Assembly (NCBI GenBank): GCA_030390025.1
Contig: CM059432.1
Span: 37,760,001 to 37,824,000 of the forward strand
Reading direction: 5' to 3'
Source: Squalus acanthias
Lineage: Eukaryota
DNA: 64,000 bases
A program made the translations under genes and the position numbers. Positions 1 to 10,450 of this stretch are shown one piece after another. Position 1 is the first letter of the stretch, and the number at the start of each line of letters is the position of its first letter. The notes below the pieces were generated by a model, which ran no database searches, had not been told where the DNA came from, and saw nothing but the letters and a program-made list of their open reading frames with translations.

Positions 1-2110
1 TAATCGAATTCCCCAATCTACCTTAGCCAACTTGCCCCTCACACCTATGTAATTGGCTTTATTTAAGTTTAAGACTCTAGTTTTGGATTTGAGTATTTCA
101 TTCTCAAACCCAATGTGAAATTCTATCTTATTATAATCACTCTTCCCTAGGGATCCTTTACTATGAGATTACTAATTAACCCAATCTCATTACACAATAG
201 AAGATCTAAAATAGTCTGTTCCCTGGTTGGTTCCACGACATATTGTTCTAGGTAACTGTCCCGAATGCATTCCGTGATTTCGTCCTCCAGATTACATTTG
301 CCAATTTGATTTGCCCAGTCTATATGAAGATTAAAGTCCCCCACAATTATTGCAATACCTTTGTTACAAGCTCCTATTGATTATTGATTATTACTCTGTC
401 CAACGGTGTAGCTACTGTTAGGGAGCCTATAAACAACTCCCACCAGTTTTTTCTGCCCCTTGTTATTTCTTATCTGCACCTATATTGGTTCTACTTCCTG
501 ATCTTCGATGTGAAGATCCTTTCTCACTACCGTCCTTATGTCATACTTTATTATCAGGGCTACCTCCTTCCTTTTTCATTCTGCCTGTCTTTTCAAAACA
601 TCAAGTACCCTGGACTATTTAGTTTCCTGGTCAACTTTGCAACCACATCTCTGTAATGACTATTAGATCAAAGCTATTTATCTCTATTTGTGCGACTAAT
701 TCGTCTATCTTGTTATGAATGCTTCGTGCATTCAGCTAAAGAGCCTTTAATTTTAACTTTTTACCATTATTCCCTCTTTCACCTTATTCGCTGTTGCACT
801 GTTACCGTTAAACTCTCTGTCCCTTCCTGTCACACTCTGCTTATCTTTACCCAAATCGCTACACTGCTCCATTGCCTTGACTTTTCTCTTTAGATTTCTA
901 AATTTCCCCTCACCTGACCCCTCCCCCTCCCCTTTTTTAGTTTAAAGCCTTATCTACAGGCCTAGTTATTTGATTCGCCAGGACACTGGTCCCAACCCGG
1001 TTTAAGTGGCGCCCGTCCCAACGGAACAGCTCCCTCTTTCCCCAGTACCCATTAATCGAAACCCGTTCCTCCCACAGCAATCTTTGAGGCACACATTTAA
1101 CTCTCTGATCTGCTTGTCCCTATGCCAATTTGTGCGTGGCTCAGGTAACCATCCAGAGATTATTACCTTTGATGTTCTGCATTTTAATTTGGACCCTAGC
1201 TCCTCAAACTCTCTCAGTAGAACCTCATTCCTAGTTCTACCTATGTTTGGTTCCTATGTGGACCATGACAACTGGATCCTCCCCTTCCCACTCCAAATTC
1301 TTCTCCAGCCACGAGGAAATATCCTTAACCCTGGCACCGGGCAAGCAACACAACCTTCGGAACTCCCGGTCACTGCTACAGAGAACAGTATCTATCCTCC
1401 TGACTATACTGTCCCCTACCACAACTACATTCCCTTTCACTCCCCCCACTTGAATGGCCTCCTGTACCACGGTGCGTGCTCAGTTTGCTCATCCACCCTG
1501 CAGACTCTGCCCTCATCCAAACAGGGAGCAAGAACCTCATAACTGTTGGATAAGGGCAAAGCCCGAGGCTCCTGCAGCACTGCACCTGGGTTCCCCTTAC
1601 CTGCCTGAGTCGCAGTCACAGCCCTCCTGTCCCTGACCACTAACCAGACCTGTACCACTACCTAACCTAAGGGGTGTGACTGCCTCCTGGATCAAAGTGT
1701 CCAGGTAACTCTCCCCCTCCCTGATTCCCCGCAATGTCTGGAGCTCGGACTCCAGCTCTGAGCTGAAATTCCTTGAGATGCAGACGCTTACTGCAGACGT
1801 GGTCGTTCGGGATCGCGATGCTCTCCACAAACTCCCACATGCTGCAGTTGCAGCACACCACCTGCACTGCCATCCCTATATAACCTTGTTTTATATATTT
1901 ATTTTAATTAATTAGAGTTTATGTATTTAATTAACTAATTACTTGATCTAGTTGAAGTTATAGGTAGATTAAATTAAATATTTACCTGTAACACAAAGCA
2001 CTACAAGTATTGGAGGCAAAAAGCCGCACCTCCTTCCCCATCTGCTCCGAATTCCCACTCTCTCCAAATTCCCATGTTTAACACCCTGTTTAGAAGCACT
2101 CTGTTTAAGA
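1..2110 (-). mobile_element. CR1-type LINE, 5' part (ORF1 zinc finger + SGNH esterase, start of ORF2 endonuclease), decayed
   Basis: Frames VVCCNCSMWE..HVCSK (1667-1873), VVVVGDSIVRRID..CCLPGARVKD..VHIGT (1237-1470) and GDFNLHIDW..YVVEPTREQTILDLLL (147-344). Frameshifted. Confidence 0.88.
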
Positions 2111-2487
2111 CCACCCTGTGCAGACCACATCTTAAGCATATATCTGGAAACTGATATTGTTAACTAAAGGAGAATGCCAATGGTGATTAGGGGGAGACGA
2201 GAACACTGAGGCACCACTGAAACGATTCTGTGAGCACAGGAGGAAACGCAGTGACTGTGACCAGACGGGTAAGAGTGGAACCATGAGAAAGCAGTACCAT
2301 GAAGCTGAACAGGGGAGGAGAGACAGTGGAGGAAACTGAAGTGACCAAAAATGTCGAAGGCGGTGAGGAGGTTGTGGAGGCCCAAGCAAGGATAACAAGC
2401 CACAGTCACATTGGAGTGGAGAGTCCTGATGCTTTGGGCTGTTCAGAAACCATATTGAAAGGACTCGACAACAAACAAAATAAAGCA

Positions 2488-2736
2488 GGGCCGATTTTAA
2501 CCCTGCCTGCCCAGTAAAACTGGCTGGATTGTACACGGTGCATGCCCATCCAGTTGTCCATCAGAATTTTAATCGGGGTCCTATGTACACAGTAGGACCC
2601 TGATTTGCATATTAAAAGGGACTACAGCCTGAAACAGGCGAGCTCTGCGGCCGCCCAGCGGAAGGCCTTGCTCTGTATATAATGGAACAATTTTCGGCCT
2701 GCTTGTGCCAGGGCGTCCCAAGTTAAAATCAACCCC
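2488..2736. mobile_element. MITE-like non-autonomous TIR element
   Basis: Inverted termini gggccgattttaac / gttaaaatcaacccc. Internal gaccc..tgatttgcatat motif shared with other copies in the window. Confidence 0.6.
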
Positions 2737-2947
2737 ATTTTGTATTACCAGTATGAGCAACCAAATAGTTAAAGCGAACCAAATTTAAAAAAAAACTGAA
2801 AATACAGAAAAAAAGTACTGGAAATGCACAACAGGTCAGTCAGAATCAGAGAGGTGAACGCTTTGGATGTGCTTCCTTCATCAGAAGTTAAACAAGCCAT
2901 AGTTGTGTCTATGTATGATACTAAGCCAGTGTTTCTTTTTTCTTTAG

Positions 2948-3054
2948 ACAACAGTGATAGAGTACGTCAAACCCTCCGATCTGAAAAAGGACATGAATGA
3001 AACTTTCAGGGAAAAGTTTCCCCATATCAAATTGACCCTCAGTAAGATAAGAAG
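2948..3054 (+). CDS. CABLES1: CABLES1 internal coding exon (third from last)
   Basis: tttag acceptor and AG|gtaagc donor. Translates [35 protein letters not shown](S), the conserved CABLES C-terminal region. 107 bp; its phase-2 end fits the next exon. Confidence 0.95.
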
Positions 3055-3278
3055 GTAAGCAAATACAATAGCTGCGAGGATGGAGTAATATTTACCTGTT
3101 CGGGAACTCTAAAGCACGGTCCAAGTTATCAGGGAGGAGGAGTTTATGGAAAAGTAACCACAGAATAAGAGTTTCTGCCAGTACTACGACTGCTGTTTGA
3201 GGAACGTGACTTTCCCATAAACCACAACTGACAAACCGTTTGATTTGATTAACACTGTCTATTTTTTTAAAACCCTAT

Positions 3279-3469
3279 GGGGATGAAATTCAACTTCGGC
3301 GGGGGTGCAACACTGGCGTTGGTGGATCCACCGCCCGTTATACACCGTGCGTTAAAGTCAATGTAAAAGGAAATCGAGCAGAGTGTACAATGGGTGACTG
3401 ACCTGCGAGTGCCCATTCCCCCTCGCCCCCCCCCCCCCCCACCACCTGCCAAAGTTGAATTTTACCCCC
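3279..3469. mobile_element. MITE, probably PIF/Harbinger-type
   Basis: TIR ggggatgaaattcaactt / aagttgaattttaccccc, with TAT on both flanks (3-bp TSD). Confidence 0.65.
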
Positions 3470-3503
3470 TATATTTCTTCAGTTGAAAATATTTGGCGAT
3501 ATA

Positions 3504-4211
3504 AGCCCAGATTTCGCTGAACGGTGCACACCATTATTAATGCGCAAATCGGCCAGCCACTTGTGGCAAGGAAGAGTTATCCTGTGAATTGCCAATCGCC
3601 ACAAGTTGCTGGCTGATTTGCGCCGCTCTGCCGTTAGATTTGTGAAAGCGGCTTTTCATGAAGTTGCTGCATTTGCACATTAATTGGCCATTATATTCGC
3701 CACAGAATGTTAAGTCTAGTAAGTAACAATTTAATGATGTGGTATTTGTTAATGACTGCCAATCAACTTGTCTGGCCCAGAAAATGAACAATTAAGAGTG
3801 TGGAGTCTCATTCCTTCAGGTTGTGAATTGTTGTTGGAGATTTTAAAAATGTCTTTTTTTTTTCTTACTTTTCCTTTCTGTCTCTTTTTTTCTCTCTCTC
3901 AATCCAATCTTTCTTTCCGTTTCTTTATTTCTCTTTCTGTACCTGATTTAACATTGAATTCACCCACTATAATTCACCATCTTTCTCAGTGTTTCTGTTT
4001 ATTTCTTAATTCTTTAATCTCATTGGTTAAGGAGATACACTGTTGGTCCCGTCATTCACCAAGGTCCCAGATGCTTTGTTGCCCTCGCAGCACTGTTATC
4101 AGCTCACACTTCCAGAAACTTTGTGGGGGAAAAAATGTTAAAACCTAAACATGAACGAGCAAGTCTAACAGGGCACGCGACTAGATGCCCCGCTCCAGCA
4201 AAATCTGGGCC
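3504..4211. mobile_element. Non-autonomous TIR element, probably PIF/Harbinger-type
   Basis: TIR gcccagatttcgctg / cagcaaaatctgggc, with ATA on both flanks. Confidence 0.65.
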
Positions 4212-4439
4212 ATACTTTATTGGTCGTGTCTATTTGCAACACCAGAATTCTGAATGGTCCCCTTGGAGGACAAGACCATATTTCTGAATGGGCGCCTTGG
4301 AGGACAAGACACACCCAGCAGTTTGTCTGGAATGTGTAAAGTAATCAAGTACTTTGCAATGTGTAATTCGAGCCATTCATTCTGACTGCCAGGCTCTAGA
4401 GCTCACAGAGGACAGACAGGGCACATCCTCGTGGGTTTA

Positions 4440-4975
4440 GGACCTTATCCCACCCCCTCAAACAAGCTCCTGCCGCCCCCAACAAGTTCCTAACCTTCCC
4501 CCACCCCCCGAGTTCCTGACCTTTTCCCTCTCCAACAAGTTTCTGACCTTCTTCCCACCCTCCCAATCCCCCAAGATCCTGACCTTCTCCCCTGCCCAAG
4601 TTCCTCCCTGGCCGGAGTCCCCTGACCTTCCTATCCCCCCACCCCCGCCTGCCCTGAGTTCTTGAACCTCTCCCTCCTCCCCCCACGGTTCCTGACCTTC
4701 TCCCTCCCTGGGTTCTTGACCTTCTCCCCCTGCCCAAGTTCCTGGCCTTCCCCCGCACTCCCCCACCCCGCTCAAGTTCCTGACCTTTTCCCCCTGTCCA
4801 AGTTCCTCTTTCCCCCCCCTCTCGCCCCCCCATATCCTGACCTCCTCCCAATGCCCAAGTTCCTGACCTTTCTTCCCCACCCCCAAGTTCCTAACCTCCT
4901 CCTGCCCAAGTTCATGATATCCCCTCCCCCCTCCCCAGGTCATGACCATCTCCTCTCCTCCACCCCCCCAGGTTC
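4440..4975. repeat. Degenerate ~30-35 bp C-rich minisatellite
   Basis: Repeated ccaagttcctgaccttctcccc-like units. Confidence 0.85.
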
Positions 4976-4979
4976 CTCC

Positions 4980-7365
4980 TCCCCCCTCTCCCTCTCTCCC
5001 CCTCCGATCTCTCTCTCTCTCCCCCTCCGATCTCTCTCTCTCTCCCCCTCCGATCTCTCTCTCTCTCCCCCTCCCCTCCGATCTCTCTCTCTCTCCCCCT
5101 CCGATCTCTCTCTCCCCCTCCCCCTCCGATCTCTCTCTCTCTCTCTCCCCCTCCGATCTCTCTCTCTCTCTCCCCCTCCGATCTCTCTCTCTCCCTCTCC
5201 GATCTCTCTCTCTCCCCCTCCGATCTCTCTCTCTCCCTCTCCGATCTCTCTCTCTCTCTCTCCCCCTCCGATCTCTCTCTCTCTCTCTCCCCCTCCGATC
5301 TCTCTCTCTCTCTCTCCCCCTCCGATCTCTCTCTCCCCCTCCGATCTCTCTCTCCCCCTCCGATCTCTCTCTCTCTCTCTCTCTCTCCCCCTCCGATCTC
5401 TCTCTCCCTCCCCCTCCGATCTCTCTCTCCCTCCCCCCTCCGATCTCTCTCTCTCTCTCTCTCTCTCTCTCCCCCCTCCGATCTCTCTCTCTCTCTCCCC
5501 CCCCTCCGATCTCTCTCTCTCTCTCCCCCCTCCGATCTCTCTCTCTCTCTCTCCCCCTCCGATCTCTCTCTCTCTCCCCCTCCGATCTCTCTCTCTCTCC
5601 CCCCTCCGATCTCTCTCTCTCTCCCCCCTCCGATCGATCTCTCTCTCCCCCTCCGATCTCTCTCTCTCTCTCCCCCTCCGATCTCTCTCTCTCTCCCCCT
5701 CCGATCTCTCTCTCTCTCCCCCTCCGATCTCTCTCTCTCTCCCCCTCCGATCTCTCTCTCTCCCCCTCCCCCTCCGATCTCTCTCTCTCCCCCTCCCCCT
5801 CCGATCTCTCTCTCTCTCCCCCTCCCCCTCCGATCTCTCTCTCTCCCCCTCCGATCTCTCTCTCTCTCCCCCTCCGATCTCTCTCTCCCCCTCCCCCTCC
5901 GATGTCTCTCTCTCCCCCTCCCCCTCCGATCTCTCTCTCTCTCTCTCTCTCCCCCTCCGATCTCTCTCTCTCTCTCTCTCTCTCCCCCTCCGATCTCTCT
6001 CTCTCTCTCTCCCCCTCCGATCTCTCTCTCTCTCTCTCCCCCTCCGATCTCTCTCTCTCCCTCTCCGATCTCTCTCTCTCTCTCTCCCCCTCCGATCTCT
6101 CTCTCCCCCTCCGATCTCTCTCTCTCTCTCTCTCTCTCTCCCCCTCCGATCTCTCTCTCCCTCCCCCTCCGATCTCTCTCTCCCTCCCCCCCTCCGATCG
6201 ATCTCTCCCTCCCCCCTCCGATCGATCTCTCCCTCCCCCCTCCGATCTCTCTCTCTCTCTCTCTCTCTCTCTCCCCCCTCCGATCTCTCTCTCTCTCTCT
6301 CTCTCCCCCTCCGATCTCTCTCTCGCTCTCCCCCTTCCGATCTCTCTCTCTCTCTCTCTCTCTCCCCCTCCGATCTCTCTCTCTCTCCCCCTCCGATCTC
6401 TCTCTCTCTCCCCCTCCGATCTCTCTCTCTCTCCCCCTCTGATCTCTCTCTCTCTCCCCCTCCGATCTCTCTCTCTCTCTCCCTCCGATCTCTCTCTCTC
6501 TCTCCCTCCGATCTCTCTCTCTCCCCCTCCGATCTCTCTCTCTCCCCCTCCCCCTCCGATCTCTCTCTCTCCCCCTCCCCCTCCGATCTCTCTCTCTCCC
6601 CCTCCCCCTCCGATCTCTCTCTCTCCCCCTCCCCCTCCGATCTCTCTCTCTCCCCCTCCCCCTCCGATCTCTCTCTCCCCCTCCGATCTCTCTCTCCCTC
6701 TCCCTCCGATCTCTCTCCCTCTCCCTCCGATCTCTCTCTCTCTCCCTCTCCCCCTCCGATCTCTCTCTCTCTCTCTCCCTCTCCCCCTCCGATCTCTCTC
6801 TCTCTCTCTCTCCCTCTCCCCCTCCGATCTCTCTCTCTCTCCCTCTCCCCCTCCGATCTCTCTCTCTCTCCCTCTCCCCCTCCGATCTCTCTCTCTCTCC
6901 CTCTCCCCCTCCGATCTCTCTCTCTCTCCCTCTCCCCCTCCGATCTCTCTCTCTCTCCCTCTCCCCCTCCGATCTCTCTCTCTCTCTCCCTCTCCCCCTC
7001 CGATCTCTCTCTCTCTCCCTCTCCCCCTCCGATCTCTCTCTCTCTCCCTCTCCCCCTCCGATCTCTCTCTCTCTCCCTCTCCCCCTCCGATCTCTCTCTC
7101 TCTCCCTCTCCCCCTCCGATCTCTCTCTCTCTCCCTCTCCCCCTCTGATCTCTCTCTCTCTCCCTCTCCCCCTCCGATCTCTCTCTCTCTCCCTCTCCCC
7201 CTCCGATCTCTCTCTCTCTCCCTCTCCCCCTCCGATCTCTCTCTCTCTCCCTCTCCCCCTCCGATCTCTCTCTCTACCCCCCCCCCCCCCCCCCACCCCG
7301 ATCTCTCTCTCTACCCCCCCCCCACCCCGATCTCTCTCTCACTCCGGTTCCCTCTCTCTCTCTCC
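4980..7365. repeat. Compound minisatellite CCCCTCCGAT(CT)n, ~2.4 kb
   Basis: Roughly a hundred units of ccccctccgat plus a variable (ct)n run. Almost pure pyrimidine on the plus strand. Confidence 0.97.
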
Positions 7366-7699
7366 CCTTTCGATCCTCGATCTTCCTGCCCCACCCCCGG
7401 CTTCCAATGGATCCCCTGACCTTCTCCGCATGGAGCCGGGGAAAGCGTGGCCCACGGTACAGGCTGCAACTGCAGGTTGGGTACTGCGCATGTGCGGCTC
7501 CGGTATACCACGCGCATGCGCAGAAGGTCACAAAGGTGTTTGTGCAAATAATCACAGCGTACTTTATTTTTAAAATGCTAATTTGAGTCTATTTTCGAGG
7601 ACTGAGCCATTGGTGCAGCAGTGTCAGGGATATGTCATTGAATGTCATTGCTGCCTGTTGTTTAAAAATGAAAAATAGTCGCTACAGAAAAATGCGTTT

Positions 7700-7985
7700 A
7701 CATAGGATATACAGCACAGAAACAGGCCATTCGGCCCAACCAGTCCATGCCGGTGTTTATGCTCCACTCGAGCCTCCTCCCGTCTTTCCTCATCTAAATC
7801 TATCAGCATAACCCTCTATTCCCTTCCCCCTCATATGCTTGTCCAGCCTCTCCTTAAATGCATCTATACTATTCGCCTCAACCACTCCCTGTGGTAACGA
7901 GTTTCACATTCTCACTACTCTCTGGGTAAAGAAGTTTCTTCTGAATTCCCTATTTGATTTCTTGAATTCCCTATTTGATTTCCTA
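7700..7985 (-). mobile_element. CR1 LINE 3' fragment
   Basis: CR1 3' end (cataggatatacagcacagaaacaggccattcggccc) and the reverse complement of the FFTQRVVRMWNSLP motif. Confidence 0.8.
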
Positions 7986-8257
7986 CTGAGACCAACATGG
8001 GTAGGAGGGATGAGTATTTGCCTGAATTTGTAAACCTAGCCAATTTGGGTTAAATCACAAATAACCAAATATAAGTCAGGTCACCTTCAATTTAGGTTGG
8101 CTTGTGCCACTAATTGAAACAAGGCAGAAGGACTTTTTTGTTTCTCTGTACATGTGCGCTACAATTATCCCAGCCTTGCCACTCTTTTCACACTGTCCTG
8201 TTTGGCTGGAGAGTCAATAGCTGTTCATTGTAGCTGGAGCCATTAAAATAAATGTAG

Positions 8258-8405
8258 GATAGCAAAATACTGCGGATGCTGGAAATCCGAAATAACAACA
8301 GAAAACGCTGGAAAAACTCAGCAGGCCAGGCAGCATCCGTGGAGAGAGAAAGAGAGTTAACGTTTCAGGTCGATGACCTTTCATCAGAACTGGGAAGAGC
8401 TGGAA
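8258..8405 (-). mobile_element. Penelope-like element terminal repeat fragment containing a hammerhead motif
   Basis: Same gatagcaaaatactgcggatgctggaaatc... unit as the hairpin copies; carries the motif below. Confidence 0.75.
8355..8391 (-). ncRNA. Minimal type I hammerhead ribozyme motif
   Basis: Minus strand reads AGUU-CUGAUGA-A-AGGUC-auc-GACCU-GAAA-C-GUU-AACU: intact CUGANGA and GAAA boxes, 5-bp helix II, palindromic loopless helix III (AACGUU) and helix I AGUU/AACU. Activity not shown. Confidence 0.75.
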
Positions 8406-8659
8406 ATCAAATAGATTTAAGGCCAGGGTAAAGCTGGGAAAATAATGTAGGTGATGTCCGAGAGAACTGCACTTACAAAGGAACCTCAATCATCTGCACT
8501 TTTCTTTGTGGAAGTCAGGATTGGCAGAATTTTGGTGGATCAAGAGGTCAAAGAAAGTTGAGGCTTTCGACATTTATAAAACCAAGAAAAAGCTTTTAGT
8601 TCAAATGACACAGAGAAGTTCATTTTATTTTGTCAGCTGGGTGTCTGACCTGCACAGGT

Positions 8660-8920
8660 TGGCAATGTAGTGGTCATAGTATGGACAAGCGACCCAGAAG
8701 TTGGAATTCAAATGCCATGTTGTGAAATTGAATTCAATAAATCTGCTCATTTATGGACTAGGAAAAATGACCATCAAATCTGTTGGATTGTTATTGAAAG
8801 CTAATTAGTTCACTAATGTTCTTCAGGGAAGGGAGCCTGCCACCCCTACCTGATCTGAGACTCCAGACCCACAATATGTGGTTGATTCTTAATGTCCTCT
8901 GAACTGGTCTAACAAGTTAC
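8660..8920 (+). mobile_element. tRNA-derived SINE, degenerate
   Basis: Diverged homologue of the SINE at 9882 (tagtggtcatagt..ggac.., cactaatg..ttcagggaagg.., ctccagacccaca..tgtggttgattcttaa). Confidence 0.6.
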
Positions 8921-9106
8921 GATAGCAAAATACTGCGGATGCTGGAAATCCGAAATAACATCAGAAAACGCTGGAAAAACTCAGCAGGCCAGGCAGCATC
9001 CGTGGAGAGAGAAACAGAGTTAACGTTTCTTCGACCTGAAACGTTAACTCTGTTTCTCTCTCCACGGATGCTGCCTGGCCTGCTGAGTTTTTCCAGCGTT
9101 TTCTGT
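8921..9106. mobile_element. Hairpin (inverted dimer) Penelope-type insertion with 16-bp TSD
   Basis: Two inverted arms; tggtctaacaagttac at 8905-8920 and 9107-9122. Confidence 0.85.
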
Positions 9107-9129
9107 TGGTCTAACAAGTTACTCAGTTG

Positions 9130-9780
9130 TAAAGGTGGTTAAAAAGGTATATGGGATACTTGCCTTCATTAGCCGAGGCATAGAATATAAGAGCAGGGAG
9201 GTTATGATGGAGCTGTACAAAATGCTAGTTAGGCCACAGCTGGAATACTGTGTGCAGTTCTGGTCGCCACACTATAGGAAGGATGTGATTGCATTGGAGA
9301 GGGTGCAGAGGAGATTCACCAGGATGTTACCTGGGCTGGAGCGCTTTAGCTATGAAGAGAGACTGGACAGGCTGGGGTAGTTTTCCTCAGAGCAGAGAAG
9401 GCTGAGGGGGGACCTGATTGAGGTGTACAAAATTATGAGGGGCATAGATAGAAATGAACTTTTCCCCTTAGTAGAGGGGTCAATAACCAGGGGGCATAGT
9501 TTCAAGGTAAGGGGCAGGAGGTTTAGAGGGGATTTGAGGAAAAACTTTTTCACCCAGAGGGTGGTTGGAATCTGGAACTCACTGTCTGAAAGGGTGGTAG
9601 AGGCAGGAACCCTCACAACATTCAAGAAGCATTTAGATGAGCACTTGAAACGCCATAGCATACAAGGCTACGGACCAAGTGCTGGAAAATGGGATTAGAA
9701 TAGACAGGGCTTGATGGCCGGTACGGACACGAACGGCCGAAGGGCCTCTTTCTCTGCTGTATAACTCTATGACTCTATAA
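9130..9780 (+). mobile_element. CR1 LINE 3' fragment
   Basis: LVRPQLEYCVQFWSPHY and FFTQRVVGIWNSL motifs; (actctat) tail. Confidence 0.9.
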
Positions 9781-9881
9781 ACAATTGCTATGGAACATAA
9801 TTATAAGAGAAATATCAGCTGGAGTTAGCAACAACAACCCAGGCATCGGATCAGGGCAAGATTCGGAGAGTCGCAGCCTAG

Positions 9882-10450
9882 GGCATGGTAGCGTAGCGGT
9901 TATGTTACTGGACTAGTAATCCAGTAGGCCTGGACTAATAATCCAGCGACGTGAGTTCAAATCCCACCACAGGCAGCTGGGGAATTTTAATTCAGATCAT
10001 CAAATAAATCTGGAATAAAAAGTTAGTAATGGTGACCATGAAACTACCGTAAAAACCCATCTGGTTCATAGGGAAGGAAATCTGCCGTCCTTACTTGGTC
10101 TGGCCTATACGTGATTCCAGACCCACGGCAATATGGTTGAGTCTTAACTGCCCTCTGTTGTACCAAAGCACTATGACAAAGTCACTGTGAGAACACCATC
10201 ACCTGCAAGTTCCCCTCCAAGTCACACACCATCCTGTCTTGGAACTATATCACTACTCCTTCATCGTCGTTGGGTCAAAATCCTGAAACTCCCTTCCTCA
10301 CAGCACTGTGGGAGTACCTTCACCACACTGACTGCAGCAGTTCAAGAAGCCGGCTCACCACCACCACCTTCTCAAGGGCAATTAAGGATGGGCAATAAAT
10401 GCCGGCCAGTGGATGACACTCGCATCCCGTGAATGAATTTTTTTTTTTAT
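9882..10450 (+). mobile_element. tRNA-derived SINE with LINE-derived 3' part
   Basis: A-box-like tagcgtagcgg and B-box gagttcaaatccc. The 3' end ccttctcaagggcaatta.ggatgggcaataaatgc is shared with the LINE ending near 27155. Confidence 0.7.

Noticed and set aside
4980..7365. CRISPR-like array
   Set aside because: No unique spacers, only variable (CT)n runs; vertebrate context with no cas genes.
4662..7419. Long ORFs of 794-828 aa (SLSP- and RE-rich)
   Set aside because: They are translations of a stop-free minisatellite, open in several frames on both strands.
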